52,634 bases of DNA from Phoronis australis (lineage: Eukaryota; Animalia; Phoronida): the NCBI GenBank assembly GCA_002633005.1, contig NMRA01000326.1:298223-350856 (forward strand), read 5' to 3'. The notes under the pieces were generated by a model, which ran no database searches, was not told the DNA's origin, and saw only the letters and a program-made list of their open reading frames with translations. Below, piece by piece: positions 23,001-34,132 of the stretch. Both the position numbers and the translations under genes were made by a program. The stretch's first letter is position 1. Each line of letters opens with the position of its first letter.

Positions 23001-26000
23001 AATGTTTTTGTCAATGACTTATTTACGAACACTTGCGTCCCCTAGAGCACAGTAGGATTTGAGTCAACCAATCATCAGCAAGCATGTTTCACGCAAGTGA
23101 TCGTCTGCTCAGTAAATCAAAAGTTGATGTTTCTTGTTTATATGTTTCTTTGATCAACTTAGCATCTGCCTGCGTGAAATACAACTACAATGAAGTGATC
23201 CTTATAAATCAAATATTGACGTCTGCTTATGGTGCTGCTAGGGGTAACCCTTGTTTATATGACGTCTGACACTATTCGTAAAAATGTCAATTTAATCAAA
23301 AAGTTTCCAACTACAGTAATTGTCTAATTATTATTCACAAAAGCAATTGCCAAAATGGTAGTTTTTCAAGACCTAATGATGACCACTTGGTTGTTTTGTA
23401 ACATCTACATACTACAATGCTTGTAATTGACTAAAATGTTTTTAATCTTTTCTTTTGTAGAGAAATTTACCAAAATAGACTCTCACTTTTCGGCCATATT
23501 GTGTGCTAAAAAGTTGCTGTATTACTGTGGCTGTGCATTACCAATCTTTGCATGTGACGTCCTAATCTGATGCTTTTATCATGTGTTTCTTTGCTGATCC
23601 TGGGCTGCATTCCACAAATGCAAGGCGCTCACAACCACAATTTTCGCTGATGGAGTGGAATCTGTCACTGTGAATTTCAATATTCCAGCCTCACAGACAA
23701 ATCTTTTTATTAGCGGTCATTTTGCTGGTCCACATTATAAGACCCGGAAGTTACAAAATACCTTTCATTTGCAGCTTTGCCTGATCTCACTTTTCGGGCA
23801 AGAAACTTGCTCTGTGGACTGCACTCCTGCAATGTCCCCTTGACTATGCCGAGTGTCTTAATGTTGCCTTTTTGAATGTGCTCCCTGTGTTGTGGCCACT
23901 TTGCTGGTGTCTTCTTGTGGTTATGTATGACAGCTGTGGTGCTTATTACTTGGTTATTGTCAACTAATGAGCCATTAGTTTTTAAAGGATACCATGCCCT
24001 GTTTAGTGATATTACCAAAAGGTGGCTCTGTCACCCACTGTTGATGCACCAACATTACCTTCCCTGTGTGAGAAAAGCATTATGCGCCTAAAATACTCTC
24101 TCTCAAAGGGTCAGTAAGTGGACCCTGTAATTGTGTTTGGTCTTTACCCTCAGCTGGCTTGCTGTCTGTTAACTTGCTTAGAGTGCTGGTCATGCTTGCT
24201 GATTTAGCAACATTTCCAAGGATTTTTTTTAACTTACTCCCAATGTTTTTGAGTTGATATCAGTAATAAGTCATTGTTTTGTTTCAAGTTCTGTTAAAAG
24301 GGAAAAAACAGGCCTAATATCCTTTTGGGTTTCTTGGTTAAGTCTTATAGAATCAGTCTTCTAATTTTCCTTATTTCTGCTACTAACAAAAACAATGAAA
24401 GCATCAGTGACTCAAGAAAATGCTTTGGATTTAATTGGGGTTGGCCAACTCTAATGTTGTAATGGCCCAAGTACCAATTGTCAATGACTTTAGTTACTGC
24501 CCTGCTCAAGTACCCATTGTCAATGACTTGAGTTACTGCCATGCCCAAGTACCCATTGTCAGTGACTTGAGTTACTGGCCAGCCCAAGTACCCATTGTCA
24601 ATGACTTGAGTTTCTGCCATGTCCAAGTACCCATTGCCAAGGACTTGAGTTACTGCCCTGCCCAAGTACCCATTGTCAGTGACTTGAGTTACTGCCCTGC
24701 CCAAGTACCCATTGTCAGTGACTTAACTTACTGGCCTGCCCAAGTACCCATTGTCAATGACTTGAGTTACTGCCATGCCCAAGTACCCATTGTCAATGAC
24801 TTGAGTCACTGGCCTGCGGAAGTACCCATTGTCAATGACTTCAGTTGCTGGCCTGCCCAAGTACCCATTGTCAATGACTTGAGTTTCTGCCCTGCTCAAG
24901 TACCCTTTGTCAATGACTTGAGTTACTGCCCTACCCAAGTACCCATTGTCAGTGACTTGAGTTACTGCGCTGCCCAAGTACCCATTGTCAGTGACTTGAG
25001 TTACTGGCTTGCCCAAGTACCCATTATCAGTGACTTCAGTTGCTGGCCTGCCCAAGAACCCATTGCCAATGAGTTGTTGGCCTGTTCGGAAACAATTCAA
25101 AATGGGACGAGTATGGTAACATATTTAAATCCCAAAGTGCTTTGGTTAAAAATTCAGCATTGCCAGCTAAACAATGTCTAATATAGCATCACCAGTTGTC
25201 ACTTGTACAATTATATCATATTTCCCTTTTGAATGATAAAGAGATAATTGATAAACCTGCTAATTGTAGAATTCTTTTCACTTGAACCTCTAAATAATTA
25301 ATTTCGTAGCAATTGTGTATTTGGATATTTTGTAAGTTGCTCATAGCCTTGGGATCAAATGCTTTTGGCAATATTTTGTCCATTGTCAACTATTCAGAAA
25401 TTTTGCTGTAATCTTTAAAAGACTGTCGCCACAATTTGACCTTTGAACTTTGATCTTTCCAGGCACCCACTTCCAGTGAACTTGCGGATGCCATTCGTGA
25501 ACTAGAGGCCAGCACTGCAGCCTTGGAGGAGTGTTCACTGGACTCGAACAGTCGCACGAGTCAGGCTTCATTTCAGAGCTCGAGTGGCTATGGTACTATG
25601 AATAGTACCCCATCTAACTCAGAGGACTCGGTTGCCATGGGAGGTATGTGTATGGGGATGGTTTGCAGCACAGGTGCATAGTGGGAGTGAACAGGCTTGT
25701 ACAGGCTGTGAGTGCTGTACTTTGTAATGGACCAGTCAAAATAATGTCACTGTTTTAGCCTTCTCAGTTGTAATTTTCATTTTACTTCATATCTTATTTT
25801 TAAGTTCCATGTCAGGTGTTCTCTTCAATTGCTTGATGTATCTTCATAACAATGTTCTGTGTTCTTTTGTTGAATTAAGTTATCTGTCGCTTCTAAACTA
25901 TCGTAACAACTGATTGTTTGAGTTTGCCTCCAAGGTAAAATGTGCCGTTTGTTTAATAAGTTTATGTTCAAGTTTTGATTCTGCGTTATCTTGTTGTTTA

Positions 26001-27573
26001 GTAAATCATAATTTGTTACATTGTTGTTCCTATGCACATCTGTGAGCTAAGTTACTTTGAGTCTTTGTGTCTACTCCTTCCAACATGAGTTACCTGCATG
26101 GTTGTTGTTATGTTTTTTGCCATCAGTACATTTCCGCTTGCAGATTTAGACTCTTACTCAACGTCAGAACGTGAACATGAGGTTGATAAGTACTCCACCA
26201 TCCCGCGCACTGGTGGCGCTAGCAGTCATTATAGCTCTACTCCTGTGGAGCGTCGTCCCTCAAGCATAACAGGTTGGTTGTAGTGAATGCAGCTGAACCT
26301 AAGCGGCTAATGCGCTGCTGATGTACAGCTATTATGCAGCTGATGTGGTGCTCATGTATAGCTGATGTGGTTGCTCATGTATAGCTGATGTGGTGCTCAT
26401 GTATAGCTGATATGGTGCTCATGTATTGCTGATGTGTAGCGGATGTGGTGCTCACATATAGCTGATGTGTAGCTGATGTGGTGCTCGTATATAGCTGATG
26501 TGGTACGCATGTATAGCTGATGTGGTGCTCATGTATTGCTGATGTTTAGCTTAAATATGTACAGTTCATGCGCGTCTGCTATGCAGCTGATGCACAGCTG
26601 ATAGGAGGCAGTCTTACATCTGGTTATTGCATTATGCTTGTCTGAGTGGGGCACATGGGGCCTGTTTCAGTTTTTTTGAAAGAACTCTAACCATTTTGGT
26701 CATAGGTCTGGTTTACACATTTAGCAATAACTTAATAACGACTTCTGTCTGAGATCAAAACCAGATGCAAACAGAATGTCAAGTTCACATAAAACCTCCT
26801 AGTTATTTTTAGTCAAAACATCAACTTAATTCTAAATTAAGATGCAAGATTAAATGGTCATCATGTTGGGATTTTCTTGTAAACTTAAATTGTTAAGGTC
26901 AAAGATTTTGAAATAAATTCTCACATTTGGGGCTTTTAAAGAACTTGTCCTACTTGTAACAGATGCTACTTCCTGTTGTCTCTCCATAATTCAGTTGACT
27001 GTCATTACAGATGTGCCTGTAGTTCATTCAGGTTTGGCTACAATACGCCGCCATTCATCCAGTAAGCCACCGCCTCCTGTCCGTCGGTCATCATCCATCT
27101 CGGTCAGAGTGCCTCCGCCCAAAGTCCCAGTACGCTCCAACTCTATAACTGGCAACCGGTCTGAGTATGCCATGCCGCAGCCTGGCTCAAGACCACGACC
27201 AGCTAGTGACATGGCTGGAGCCACGATGATTACAAATCACAACTTGGATGTTAACAACGCCCATGGACATAGGACTTGTATCCCTCCGCAAAATACCATG
27301 AATTCAACGACTGCTGCTAACTCAAATGTGCCATTAGCTGAAGGCCAAGCGCCCTCCAACTCGCGAACAAATCTCATAAACAGTCTCAACGCAAAATTTG
27401 CTGTGGCGGGAGCTAGAAAGCCTCCCACGCCTGTCAAGAAGACAGCGCCACCTGTGTTCAACACAAACCCAAGCACACCAGTGTCCAAAGATACACTGTT
27501 GTCACAAATTGAAAGAGGCGTTAACCTCAAAAGGACACATTGTAATGACAGATCTGCACCCAGGATATCATGA
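7970..27573 (+). CDS. MTSS1: MTSS1/MIM (missing-in-metastasis) family I-BAR/IMD + WH2 protein, 5'-partial, multi-exon
   Basis: Phase-compatible exons 7970-8061, 9207-9281, 9551-9708, 10535-10687, 12681-12803, 15049-15168, 15721-15880, 17428-17550, 17974-18147, 18737-18873, (22054-22167), 25463-25643, 26144-26272, 27011-27573. The translation follows recalled MTSS1 motifs in order: NPLQDKLEEWRK..LDKDHAKEYKKARQEIK, IEERSHFCTF, TPPSSPS..SRKSS, RLSSISSQDSGFTSQD, SSGYGT, DKYSTIPR, ATIRR, and WH2 DTLLSQIERGVNLKRTHCNDRSAPRIS*. Invertebrate gene would be co-orthologous to MTSS1/MTSS2. Confidence 0.95.
8222..8400 (+). mobile_element. tRNA-derived SINE (head recognisable, 3' extent uncertain)
   Basis: A-box TGGCTCAGTGG (~8230) and B-box GGTTCAAATCC (~8272) at tRNA spacing, without an intact cloverleaf acceptor stem. 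Confidence 0.6.
9207..9281 (+). CDS. MTSS1: MTSS1 exon (IMD): EYKKARQEIKRSSTDTIRLQKKMKK
   Basis: tttcag acceptor, G|GTTTGT donor, 75 nt; basic membrane-binding tip region of the IMD; too short for the ORF track. Confidence 0.95.
9551..9708 (+). CDS. MTSS1: MTSS1 exon (IMD): KCDMQGQLNSAMRDV...IEERSHFCTFVSFLKPVV
   Basis: ttccag acceptor, GTG|GTATGT donor, 158 nt. Confidence 0.95.
10535..10687 (+). CDS. MTSS1: MTSS1 exon (end of IMD): DEELSMLNEISHLQ...DPHLLP...LKGSDTQWSFQ
   Basis: cctag acceptor, CAG|GTAGCT donor, 153 nt. Confidence 0.93.
10925..11106. repeat. ~85 bp tandem duplication
   Basis: GCATATCCTAAA...AAATAGTGGTGTGGA occurs twice. Confidence 0.85.
11652..11933. repeat. 41 bp minisatellite (~7 copies)
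   Basis: Unit CCATGCCTTATCTACTGTTGGACAATTTGTTGTGAAACTGG. Confidence 0.95.
12681..12803 (+). CDS. MTSS1: MTSS1 exon (Ser-rich): TPPSSPSSLGSRKSSMCSISSINSSSSGSTKSHSPHHRHKQ
   Basis: ttacag acceptor, CAG|GTGGGT donor, 123 nt. Confidence 0.93.
13115..13395. repeat. 49 bp minisatellite (~5.5 copies)
   Basis: Unit CAACATCTACACAGTACTAACCAAGCAAAGGTTAGACCAATGTGTTGTG. Confidence 0.9.
13690..14565. repeat. 33 bp minisatellite (~26 copies) with variant blocks
   Basis: Unit ATATGTTACACAGGTATAGCGAATATGGATAGC and variants. Confidence 0.95.
15049..15168 (+). CDS. MTSS1: MTSS1 exon: QPPPGTLRLSSISSQDSGFTSQDTLFLKPLTPPPLDYRRQ
   Basis: CAGCAG tandem acceptor, CAG|GTATTA donor; conserved DSGFxS motif. Confidence 0.92.
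15721..15880 (+). CDS. MTSS1: MTSS1 exon: MAPTDENES...WAEWPDPP...DRPHTISA
   Basis: Long pyrimidine tract + gcag acceptor, G|GTAAGC donor, 160 nt, phase 0 to 1. Confidence 0.9.
16729..17234 (+). mobile_element. ~505 bp non-autonomous TIR DNA transposon (PIF/Harbinger-like MITE)
   Basis: TIRs AGGCCCTTTCATATTGAC / GTTAGTATGAAAGGCCCT, subterminal repeats GACCGGAGTTAAGCGTTCATACTG, T/A-rich flanks (TAA..TTA); second copy at 7380-7538; superfamily tentative. Confidence 0.75.
17428..17550 (+). CDS. MTSS1: MTSS1 exon: YEKTHARPMLTAQTFEPP...LYELPENAPA
   Basis: tttttag acceptor, CAG|GTTTGC donor, 123 nt, open in the required phase. Confidence 0.85.
17974..18147 (+). CDS. MTSS1: MTSS1 exon (Pro-rich): IPATPYRPHV...RPPVGPKPKAKP...KEEN
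   Basis: ttctag acceptor; donor G|GTAATG at 18148 (alternative A|GTAAGG at 18133). Confidence 0.82.
18737..18873 (+). CDS. MTSS1: MTSS1 exon: LPQPVYMNTAQLAQQAAEKHQQEALERQESSETENDLPTPTATSE
   Basis: tttcag acceptor, GAG|GTGAGT donor, phase 1 to 0. Confidence 0.85.
20646..21416. mobile_element. TTAA-flanked non-autonomous element (Kolobok-like)
   Basis: TTAA|GAGGACATTATCGG ... CCGATAATGTCCTT|TTAA; purine-purine termini. Confidence 0.75.
22054..22167 (+). CDS. MTSS1: Probable MTSS1 cassette exon: GYFENALDLAAAVRELEANTAALYRLPAYEGTTYNNQQ
   Basis: gttag acceptor, 114 nt symmetrical phase 0/0, non-canonical CAG|GCAAGC donor; peptide paralogous to the next exon. Confidence 0.65.
24465..25075. repeat. 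39 bp minisatellite (~15-16 copies), intronic
   Basis: Unit GCCCAAGTACCCATTGTCAATGACTTGAGTTACTGCCCT. Confidence 0.95.
25463..25643 (+). CDS. MTSS1: MTSS1 exon: APTSSELADAIRELEASTAALEEC...QSSSGYGTMNSTPSNSEDSVAMG
   Basis: ttccag acceptor, GAG|GTATGT donor; matches the MTSS1 SSGYST..TP..SED motif. Confidence 0.9.
26144..26272 (+). CDS. MTSS1: MTSS1 exon: LDSYSTSEREHEVDKYSTIPRTGG...RRPSSIT
   Basis: ttgcag acceptor, CAG|GTTGGT donor; DKxSTIPR and RPxS motifs. Confidence 0.9.
26310..26602. repeat. Degenerate 11/22 bp tandem repeat
   Basis: GCTGATGTGGT/GCTCATGTATA units. Confidence 0.85.
27011..27573 (+). CDS. MTSS1: MTSS1 last coding exon with WH2 domain
   Basis: ttacag acceptor; ATIRR..KPPPPVRR; ends LLSQIERGVNLKRTHCNDRSAPRIS-TGA; followed by a long T-rich putative 3' UTR. 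Confidence 0.95.
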
Positions 27574-30259
27574 TTGACACTGGCTCTCAATCTGTCTGTT
27601 GACAATGTGGGGGCGGAGCTATCCTATGTTGTCACATTTTAGGGCATGTGATTTGTCAGCTGTGTTCTCAAGTGTATATGTGGACAGGGTGGAGGTGGAG
27701 TCCTCATGTTTCAGTGCATGTTATTGGTTAATTAGATCTGTACTGCTGTTGAGGCAATTGAAGTTGAGCATTTATGAGCCATGTTTTTAAACTTTCAGGA
27801 AGGTTTCACGAGTAATTAATTGAAATTATTTGGACTTCTGCTGTATTTTATACAATGAAATTGACTTGATTTGTGTAAAATCATGTTTGAATATTACTGC
27901 AATATCAATGTTAAGGTGTAATTATGATATCAGTTGATGTAATAACTTCTTGTTTGTAATATTACACTGTAGTATGGATGGCAGTGTGCAGTGTGCTATG
28001 TTGATTTATGAATTATCCCGTCACCTGGAAGTAAAACTCCACCTTCAGGTCACTTGCCAAAATGTCAGCCAAGCTACAACTTAAATGCTCGACTGATTCA
28101 CGTGTAATGGGAGCCTAGGTGGGTCTGTATTTACATTAAAGTTGGGTTTGTTGTAAACAAAGAGAGATGATGTGGTCGAAAAAATAGTGTTTTTAATTTG
28201 TTGTTTGTTGTCCACCCTGGGCTTCAATGACCAGTGATTATGTAACAAAGGCATCCCCTTAATATTTTAATTGACTTTTTTTATTCAGAAGTAAGAAAAT
28301 TTGTGTTTAGTAGACTGATATGATGTCTGTTATCTGCTGAAGTTATCGAAAGCTTGTAAGTTGTGCCTTTTATTACAAAACTAAGTTGGTATCAAGTGTA
28401 CCATTGTATTGTTGTCCATGACTGGGCAATAATCACTTGCAAGTGCTCCACCTGTTGAGAACCAGTTTAATCCTTGTTATTCAGTGAGGAAAACTAGTTC
28501 TCAAAATGCCAGATCTCTGTTAGTGACTATTATTCAAGACCAGGTAACATTGGATGGACTCAGTGTGGTGCACAAGTGGAATTACATTGTCAAATACCTC
28601 CACAAAAACAACCCTGAAGAATGTTTTAATCTCATGTTAGCACAGTTTGTACTGAATAGCTACCAAGAAGCAGCATGTAAAATTTTGAACGACCGCAGCA
28701 GTGTACTTAGCCGTTGAAAAGTGGAAATTTGTCAATTTTAGCAATTTTCCCCCGTTCTTCTTTCTTTTTGTAATATTTGAATCCATTGTCAGTGGCAACA
28801 GATTTCTGAGTAAACAGAATGGTGAAGTGGAGAAGGGTGCATGCGCGGGTTTCCTCACAACTCACTGTTGATTTTGAATTCGTTTTACACTGATCTGGGT
28901 TTGTAGCGCCCTCTACAACTGAATCCAGTTTACATTTCTTATTATTGAGATTAAATTAAAGCTGTGTCTATGTATGGTGCACAGGTTTTAATTTCACCAT
29001 TGTGTAAAATGTTCTTGATTTTTGAGAACATCGTCAAGTATTGAATTAAATGAGGTTCATTTAATGTAAATACACACTGTGAAGTATTGTTTTATTGTAT
29101 TGCCAAATATTTTGAAACTTTATTCACGTTTTTCTGTTATTTGTTGTAAGTATGTAATAGATACTGTAGTTGTTTAAGTATTTGTGTAAAATTTATTTCT
29201 GCATTAGAACAAAGCTGGATTTTGCATCAATTTTGATGAGCTGTGGTGCATCTCGCACAAGTGACCATACAACTTGTTAAGCAGGACTAGGTTGTGCACT
29301 GTCAAATGATCGTCCAATGCAGTTTTCCCTTATATTCAGGTGAAAGTTTGGGATTTCAACAATAGTCTGCTTCATTTTGCCCCTGGAGCCTGAACATTAT
29401 GATGAGGGCCTGTGAAGGGATGGCTATGTAATATGTAGTCACCTCAATGATGTGAGGCACTTTTGAACTGTCTTGTTGACATTTCTTTTGACGCTCAGTT
29501 GAAAGTCAAAAAGGTTGTTGTGGGATTTACATTATACTGGTTGGGCATGTGAACACAAGTCCTATGGTGCAGTAAACTTTCACCAGTTTCAGACACCACA
29601 CGTTGGACATAACATTGTTTTACAAAGTGGCATGACCGTTTTCAAGCTCTGTACTAGAGCTAACATTAATTAGATGACATATTGGAATATATTGGCCATT
29701 CACTAGTGCTTGAAATTATGGAAAAATAAAAATAGGTCAACTCTGACTATTTTTTGGCTGGAACTAGCATGAGTTTTGTCATAAGAGGTGACCGTATTGT
29801 ATGTTTGACAGATCATGTAATGCAGTTACACATCATTCTCAGTGATAAGTGCTTATCAGTGCTGTTTGAGAAACCATTTGTGAGATTTTTGTTTATGTTT
29901 TGTGGCAGAAAATGTCAAAACTTACTGAATCATTACCATAGCTACATGAATGTGTTGTTAGTCTTAATAGTTTCGGTGTTCCGTTTATATTTTTGTGTTT
30001 TGACTGTTTCACACCGACTGGTATTATGCGTCGTTAATTTTAGTGATATTAACGGAAACTATGTTACAGTACATGAGAAGGATTTATTTAACCTTCTATA
30101 CAATGATCATGTTATAGCATTTAAGAACACGTGTGATGTTATGTGTAAAAATAGACCAATGTTCTCTCAGCCATTTGTAATTCTCATATTGGTAACACTA
30201 GAGTGCTAGTACTGGGTTGTTCCTGGTTCTGTAAGAGCAATGTGCGGCCTCAACAAACT

Positions 30260-30522
30260 TGCAGGACACATTAAAGACACGTTTTGTACAAGACGTAAGT
30301 CATTGTAGGACACATTAAAGACATGCTATGTACAAGACATATGTTGTAAGACATGTTAAAGACACGCTATGTACAAAACATACGTCATTGTAGGACACAT
30401 TAAAGACACCCTATCTACAAGACATAAGTCATTGTAGGACACATTAAAGACATGCTATGTATATGACATAAGTCATTGCAGGACACATGAAAGACGCGCT
30501 ATGTTCAAGACCTAAGTCATTG
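30260..30522. repeat. 44 bp minisatellite (~6 copies)
   Basis: Unit GTAGGACACATTAAAGACACGCTATGTACAAGACATAAGTCATT. Confidence 0.9.
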
Positions 30523-30560
30523 CTTCAATGGATATAGAACTGCAGTACTAATTCACTTAA

Positions 30561-31993
30561 AGGAGAATGCCAGCAAAAAGCAACGTATTTTGTATCAATT
30601 ACGATCGATTAGTTCCACTCGACAACAGTAAGTTCAGTTCTTTTACCAGATGGCAGAGGAAGGGGCTCATATTAACCAGTGACGTCACCGGTTCTTACAT
30701 TGTCTGCTCAGCTGTTCACACGACGCTTATTGGTGTCGGCTTATCGATTGAATTCATCGTTTTACACCAATAAGTCACCAAAATTCGACGTAAACCCATT
30801 ACAAATATACATACCATTCCTAAGCAAATATGTTGCGTTATTTCGCTGTAACGGATTTATAGACATTTTGAAGTTCGGTAGGCCAATTAACTTACCGAGG
30901 TCGGTCGCGGGAAGCTTGTGGAAGTCTGTTCGGTGATAAATTAGAATTATTCTTTCGTGAAATACAGACAGGAGAGCATAGCCGTGTGTTGTAATTTTAG
31001 ACTTACGAGTTTTTTTCAGTCTAAACACAAAACGCTCGTTGTTACACAGTGGGTCGGAACCAGATCACTGAGCTTACTAAGGCCCGTCGCGGCGGCCCGA
31101 CTGGAGACATGACGAACATAAATCAACCGGGCGAATGGAAACAAAACTTTCAGTAACAAAAAGACAAGACTAGTGAAACAAAGAAATAACGTGCACGTGA
31201 TTTTGGTGAATTCGCCGCGAAATTGTAAATCTACAAACTCCGGCGTCCGACAGGCAGCCAAAACGAGATCCCCTCTACAGAATTATCCGTACAGGGGAAA
31301 GGGGCACAATATTTTTTTAAATAATGTATATGTATATACATATTTAAATAAAGATACCCCTAACATCTGACCATAGCATATGAAATCGAGTTATAGTTTC
31401 GCAACTGCTTTCTGTCAGCAAACACTGAAACAGCACGCGCTCACACAGCAACTAGTCATTTATTGCATCTGAAGCCGGTAACGCAATATGATTTGTTCAT
31501 CGTTCATTCCACAAAACATTTGCCCTTACGAACACTCCTAAGACCTCACAAATTGTATCTATTGAGACAGACTTTGACAATTTGTTTCCGTTTTCATACA
31601 AACATGGGTTGGGGCGAGAATAATTTAGTTTGAAACAGAACAATGCCGGCCACAGACACAGAGTTATTTCACGGCCTCATACTTAGAATTAGCGTTTTTT
31701 TTTTACTGCTGGGAACCACATTCGAAGCATTACGGGTTCTCGAGGAAATCGAAAAAAAAACGATATACCCGCTTTCCTCACAGCTTCATATTTCGCACAA
31801 ACGGACACAATACGCCACACCGTAGCGGCACATGAGTTGAAAAACCACTGACGTCGTTGCGTCGTGTACTAACCTTCCTCACAGGTGTACTTGACACCTT
31901 TCGGCGAGGTGAGATCGCCTGTGAATGAGGTGATGTGGATATAGACCGATTAATACCGCAACAAAAGCTAATTCAATCGGGTGGCATTCTCCT
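30561..31993. mobile_element. Kolobok-like DNA transposon deletion derivative (copy 1) with THAP remnant
   Basis: TTAA|AGGAGAATGCCA ... TGGCATTCTCCT|TTAA; minus strand ~31645-31830 reads ..RFPREPVMLRMWFPAVKK..KYEAVK*LCVCGRH (THAP FP..W..CxxH); homologous to 36537-39090. Confidence 0.8.
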
Positions 31994-32434
31994 TTAAGTC
32001 TCCAATAAAATTCTTCAATTTGGAGACCGTCTTTCAAGCTGAAATTGATTTTTTTATTCTTAAAATTGAGATGCTAGCACTTTCTCCTTTCATATTTTTC
32101 TAATTCCATTTAGTGGATTTTGAAAGTAAACGTGGGAGTTCATAAAAACCCATATCGAGAAATTGCACATCTGTAAACAGTGCCCTTCTTTGGGAAATAA
32201 TAAATTTTTAGAGATTCCTGAAAGGTGAACGTGACCATTTTTAATGTCACATTTAGCAAAAAAATGGCACACATAATGGTTATGCATTCACTTCCATAGA
32301 GCAAACAATGTAATACTCGCCACTTCAGTTGTGTCATTGAGTTCGTTGAATGGCAGGGCCCTCGATGAGGCCAAATAACAACCCCACCCCTCTATAAAAA
32401 TATTAACTGAAATTCCCATCTGACCCAAAAATTC

Positions 32435-32703
32435 AGGGGATGGAAGGTGAACTTGATGGCAACCAGGGAACGGAAGGTGGACTTGATGGCAACCAGGGGA
32501 TTTAAGGTGGACTTGGTGGCAACCAGGGGATGGAAGGTGAACTTGATGGCAACCAGGGTATGAAAGATGGACTTGATGGCAACCAGGGGATGGAAAGTGA
32601 ACTTGATGGCAACCAGGGGATGGAAGGTGAACTTGGTGGCAACCAGGGTATCGAAGGTGGACTTGATGGCAACCAGGGGATTGAAGGCGGACTTGGTGGT
32701 GAC
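32435..32703. repeat. 30 bp minisatellite (~9 copies)
   Basis: Unit GGATGGAAGGTGAACTTGATGGCAACCAGG. Confidence 0.95.
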
Positions 32704-33904
32704 ATGGCACTCTCAAAGCGAAAAAAACCCCACCCGAAAACACAGGTACCTTTCCCCTTGGGTGAGAGAAGCCTGAATGAAAGTGAATGTAGAATTAAGT
32801 TACTGACCTTTTGCAGGCTCATTCACCTCACTTCCTATTGTTCCTGAATAGTAAACGTGTGCCAGGAAAACAATAATTAACACAAAAAACAGACATTTTA
32901 CTAAAAGTAACATAAAAAATGTTTGCTTCCCCTTTAAGAAAACGTATTTTTCAGGCAAGAATTTTGTACAGGAACGTCACTGTTCCAGCCCAGTATTCAC
33001 TTGATCATCAATTCACCAGAAGCATCAGTATTGATTGTCAAGATACTTAGACCATACATGCTTTATACTATAAGAAGCAAGGCGCACGATACTACACTGT
33101 CTCGTAATAGCAAGTAGTTCCAGCTGACAAAATAACTGAAGGATCTGTTACATTGAAATGATAATTTAAAGAGCCAAAGAATACTCTTTGTGACCAATGG
33201 CTGAAATTCTTTAAGATATCACATGCAAGACCTTATAAAGCATTCATAACAAAATACAATCAAACAAAGTAAAATTTCAAAACATAAATAATGATCACTT
33301 TAGTGCCACCATGTACATGAGTAAGGTGCAACAAACACAAAATAAGTATTAATTGAATAAACTGAACAGTAAATAAACTTTAAGTCAGAAATTTCAGCTA
33401 GTATCAAGGGGACTTATAACATTATAAAATGACTGATACATAAATTATAACAATTGTTATTCAACAAAATTAAAAATTTGCAAAATTATTAATCAAAGCC
33501 ACAACAAACCATTTTCTGGTGCTAAACACATTAATAACAAGTGGCTTCAAACCAAACTTGTTATGCTTGACAGAAGGCAAAGATTTATTTAAATAACAGG
33601 TCACAAGCAGATAGCTTCAGCTGTATTGATATTAGAACAAATTTATGTTGAAAACAAATCAAAACTCATATTTGTAAACAAAGCAAAATGTTAAACATAA
33701 AATTCAACAGAGAAACTGCTTTAGCAGCAAAAACAAACATTTTGGGAAACAGTGCAGTTACACAGCAAATGATCGTCATCAGTATGGCTTCCTTCAATGA
33801 CTGATGTCAATTCAATCCAACAGGACAATTGTAAAAAGAGGCTGAAAAACTAAAATTTCTTTAATTTTGCAAACAGGTCAGGTATTTGATGAGGCTTAGT
33901 CCAG

Positions 33905-34132
33905 AGGTCTCTTGTGTTCAAATGGCCTCTGTGTTCAAAGGGTCTCTTGTGTTCAAATGGCCTCTGTGTTCAAATGGCCTCTTGTGTTCAAATGGCCTCT
34001 TGTGTTCAAATGGCCTCTTGTGTTCAAATGGCCTCTGTGTTCAAATGGCCTCTTGTGTTCAAATGGCCTCTAGTGTTCAAATGGCCTCTTGTGTTCAAAT
34101 GACATCTTGTGTTCAGATGGCCTTTGTGTTCA
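33905..34132. repeat. 19-21 bp minisatellite (~11 copies)
   Basis: Unit CTCTTGTGTTCAAATGGC(CT). Confidence 0.95.

Noticed and set aside
24345-25181. Long ORFs on both strands (AQVPIVNDLSYCP / VTQVIDNGYLGR repeats)
   Set aside because: A 39 bp unit divisible by 3 keeps frames open by chance; it lies in an MTSS1 intron with no convincing splice sites.
32288-32847. Several overlapping repeat ORFs (MEGELDGNQG etc.)
   Set aside because: 30 bp minisatellite open in multiple frames; no gene structure.
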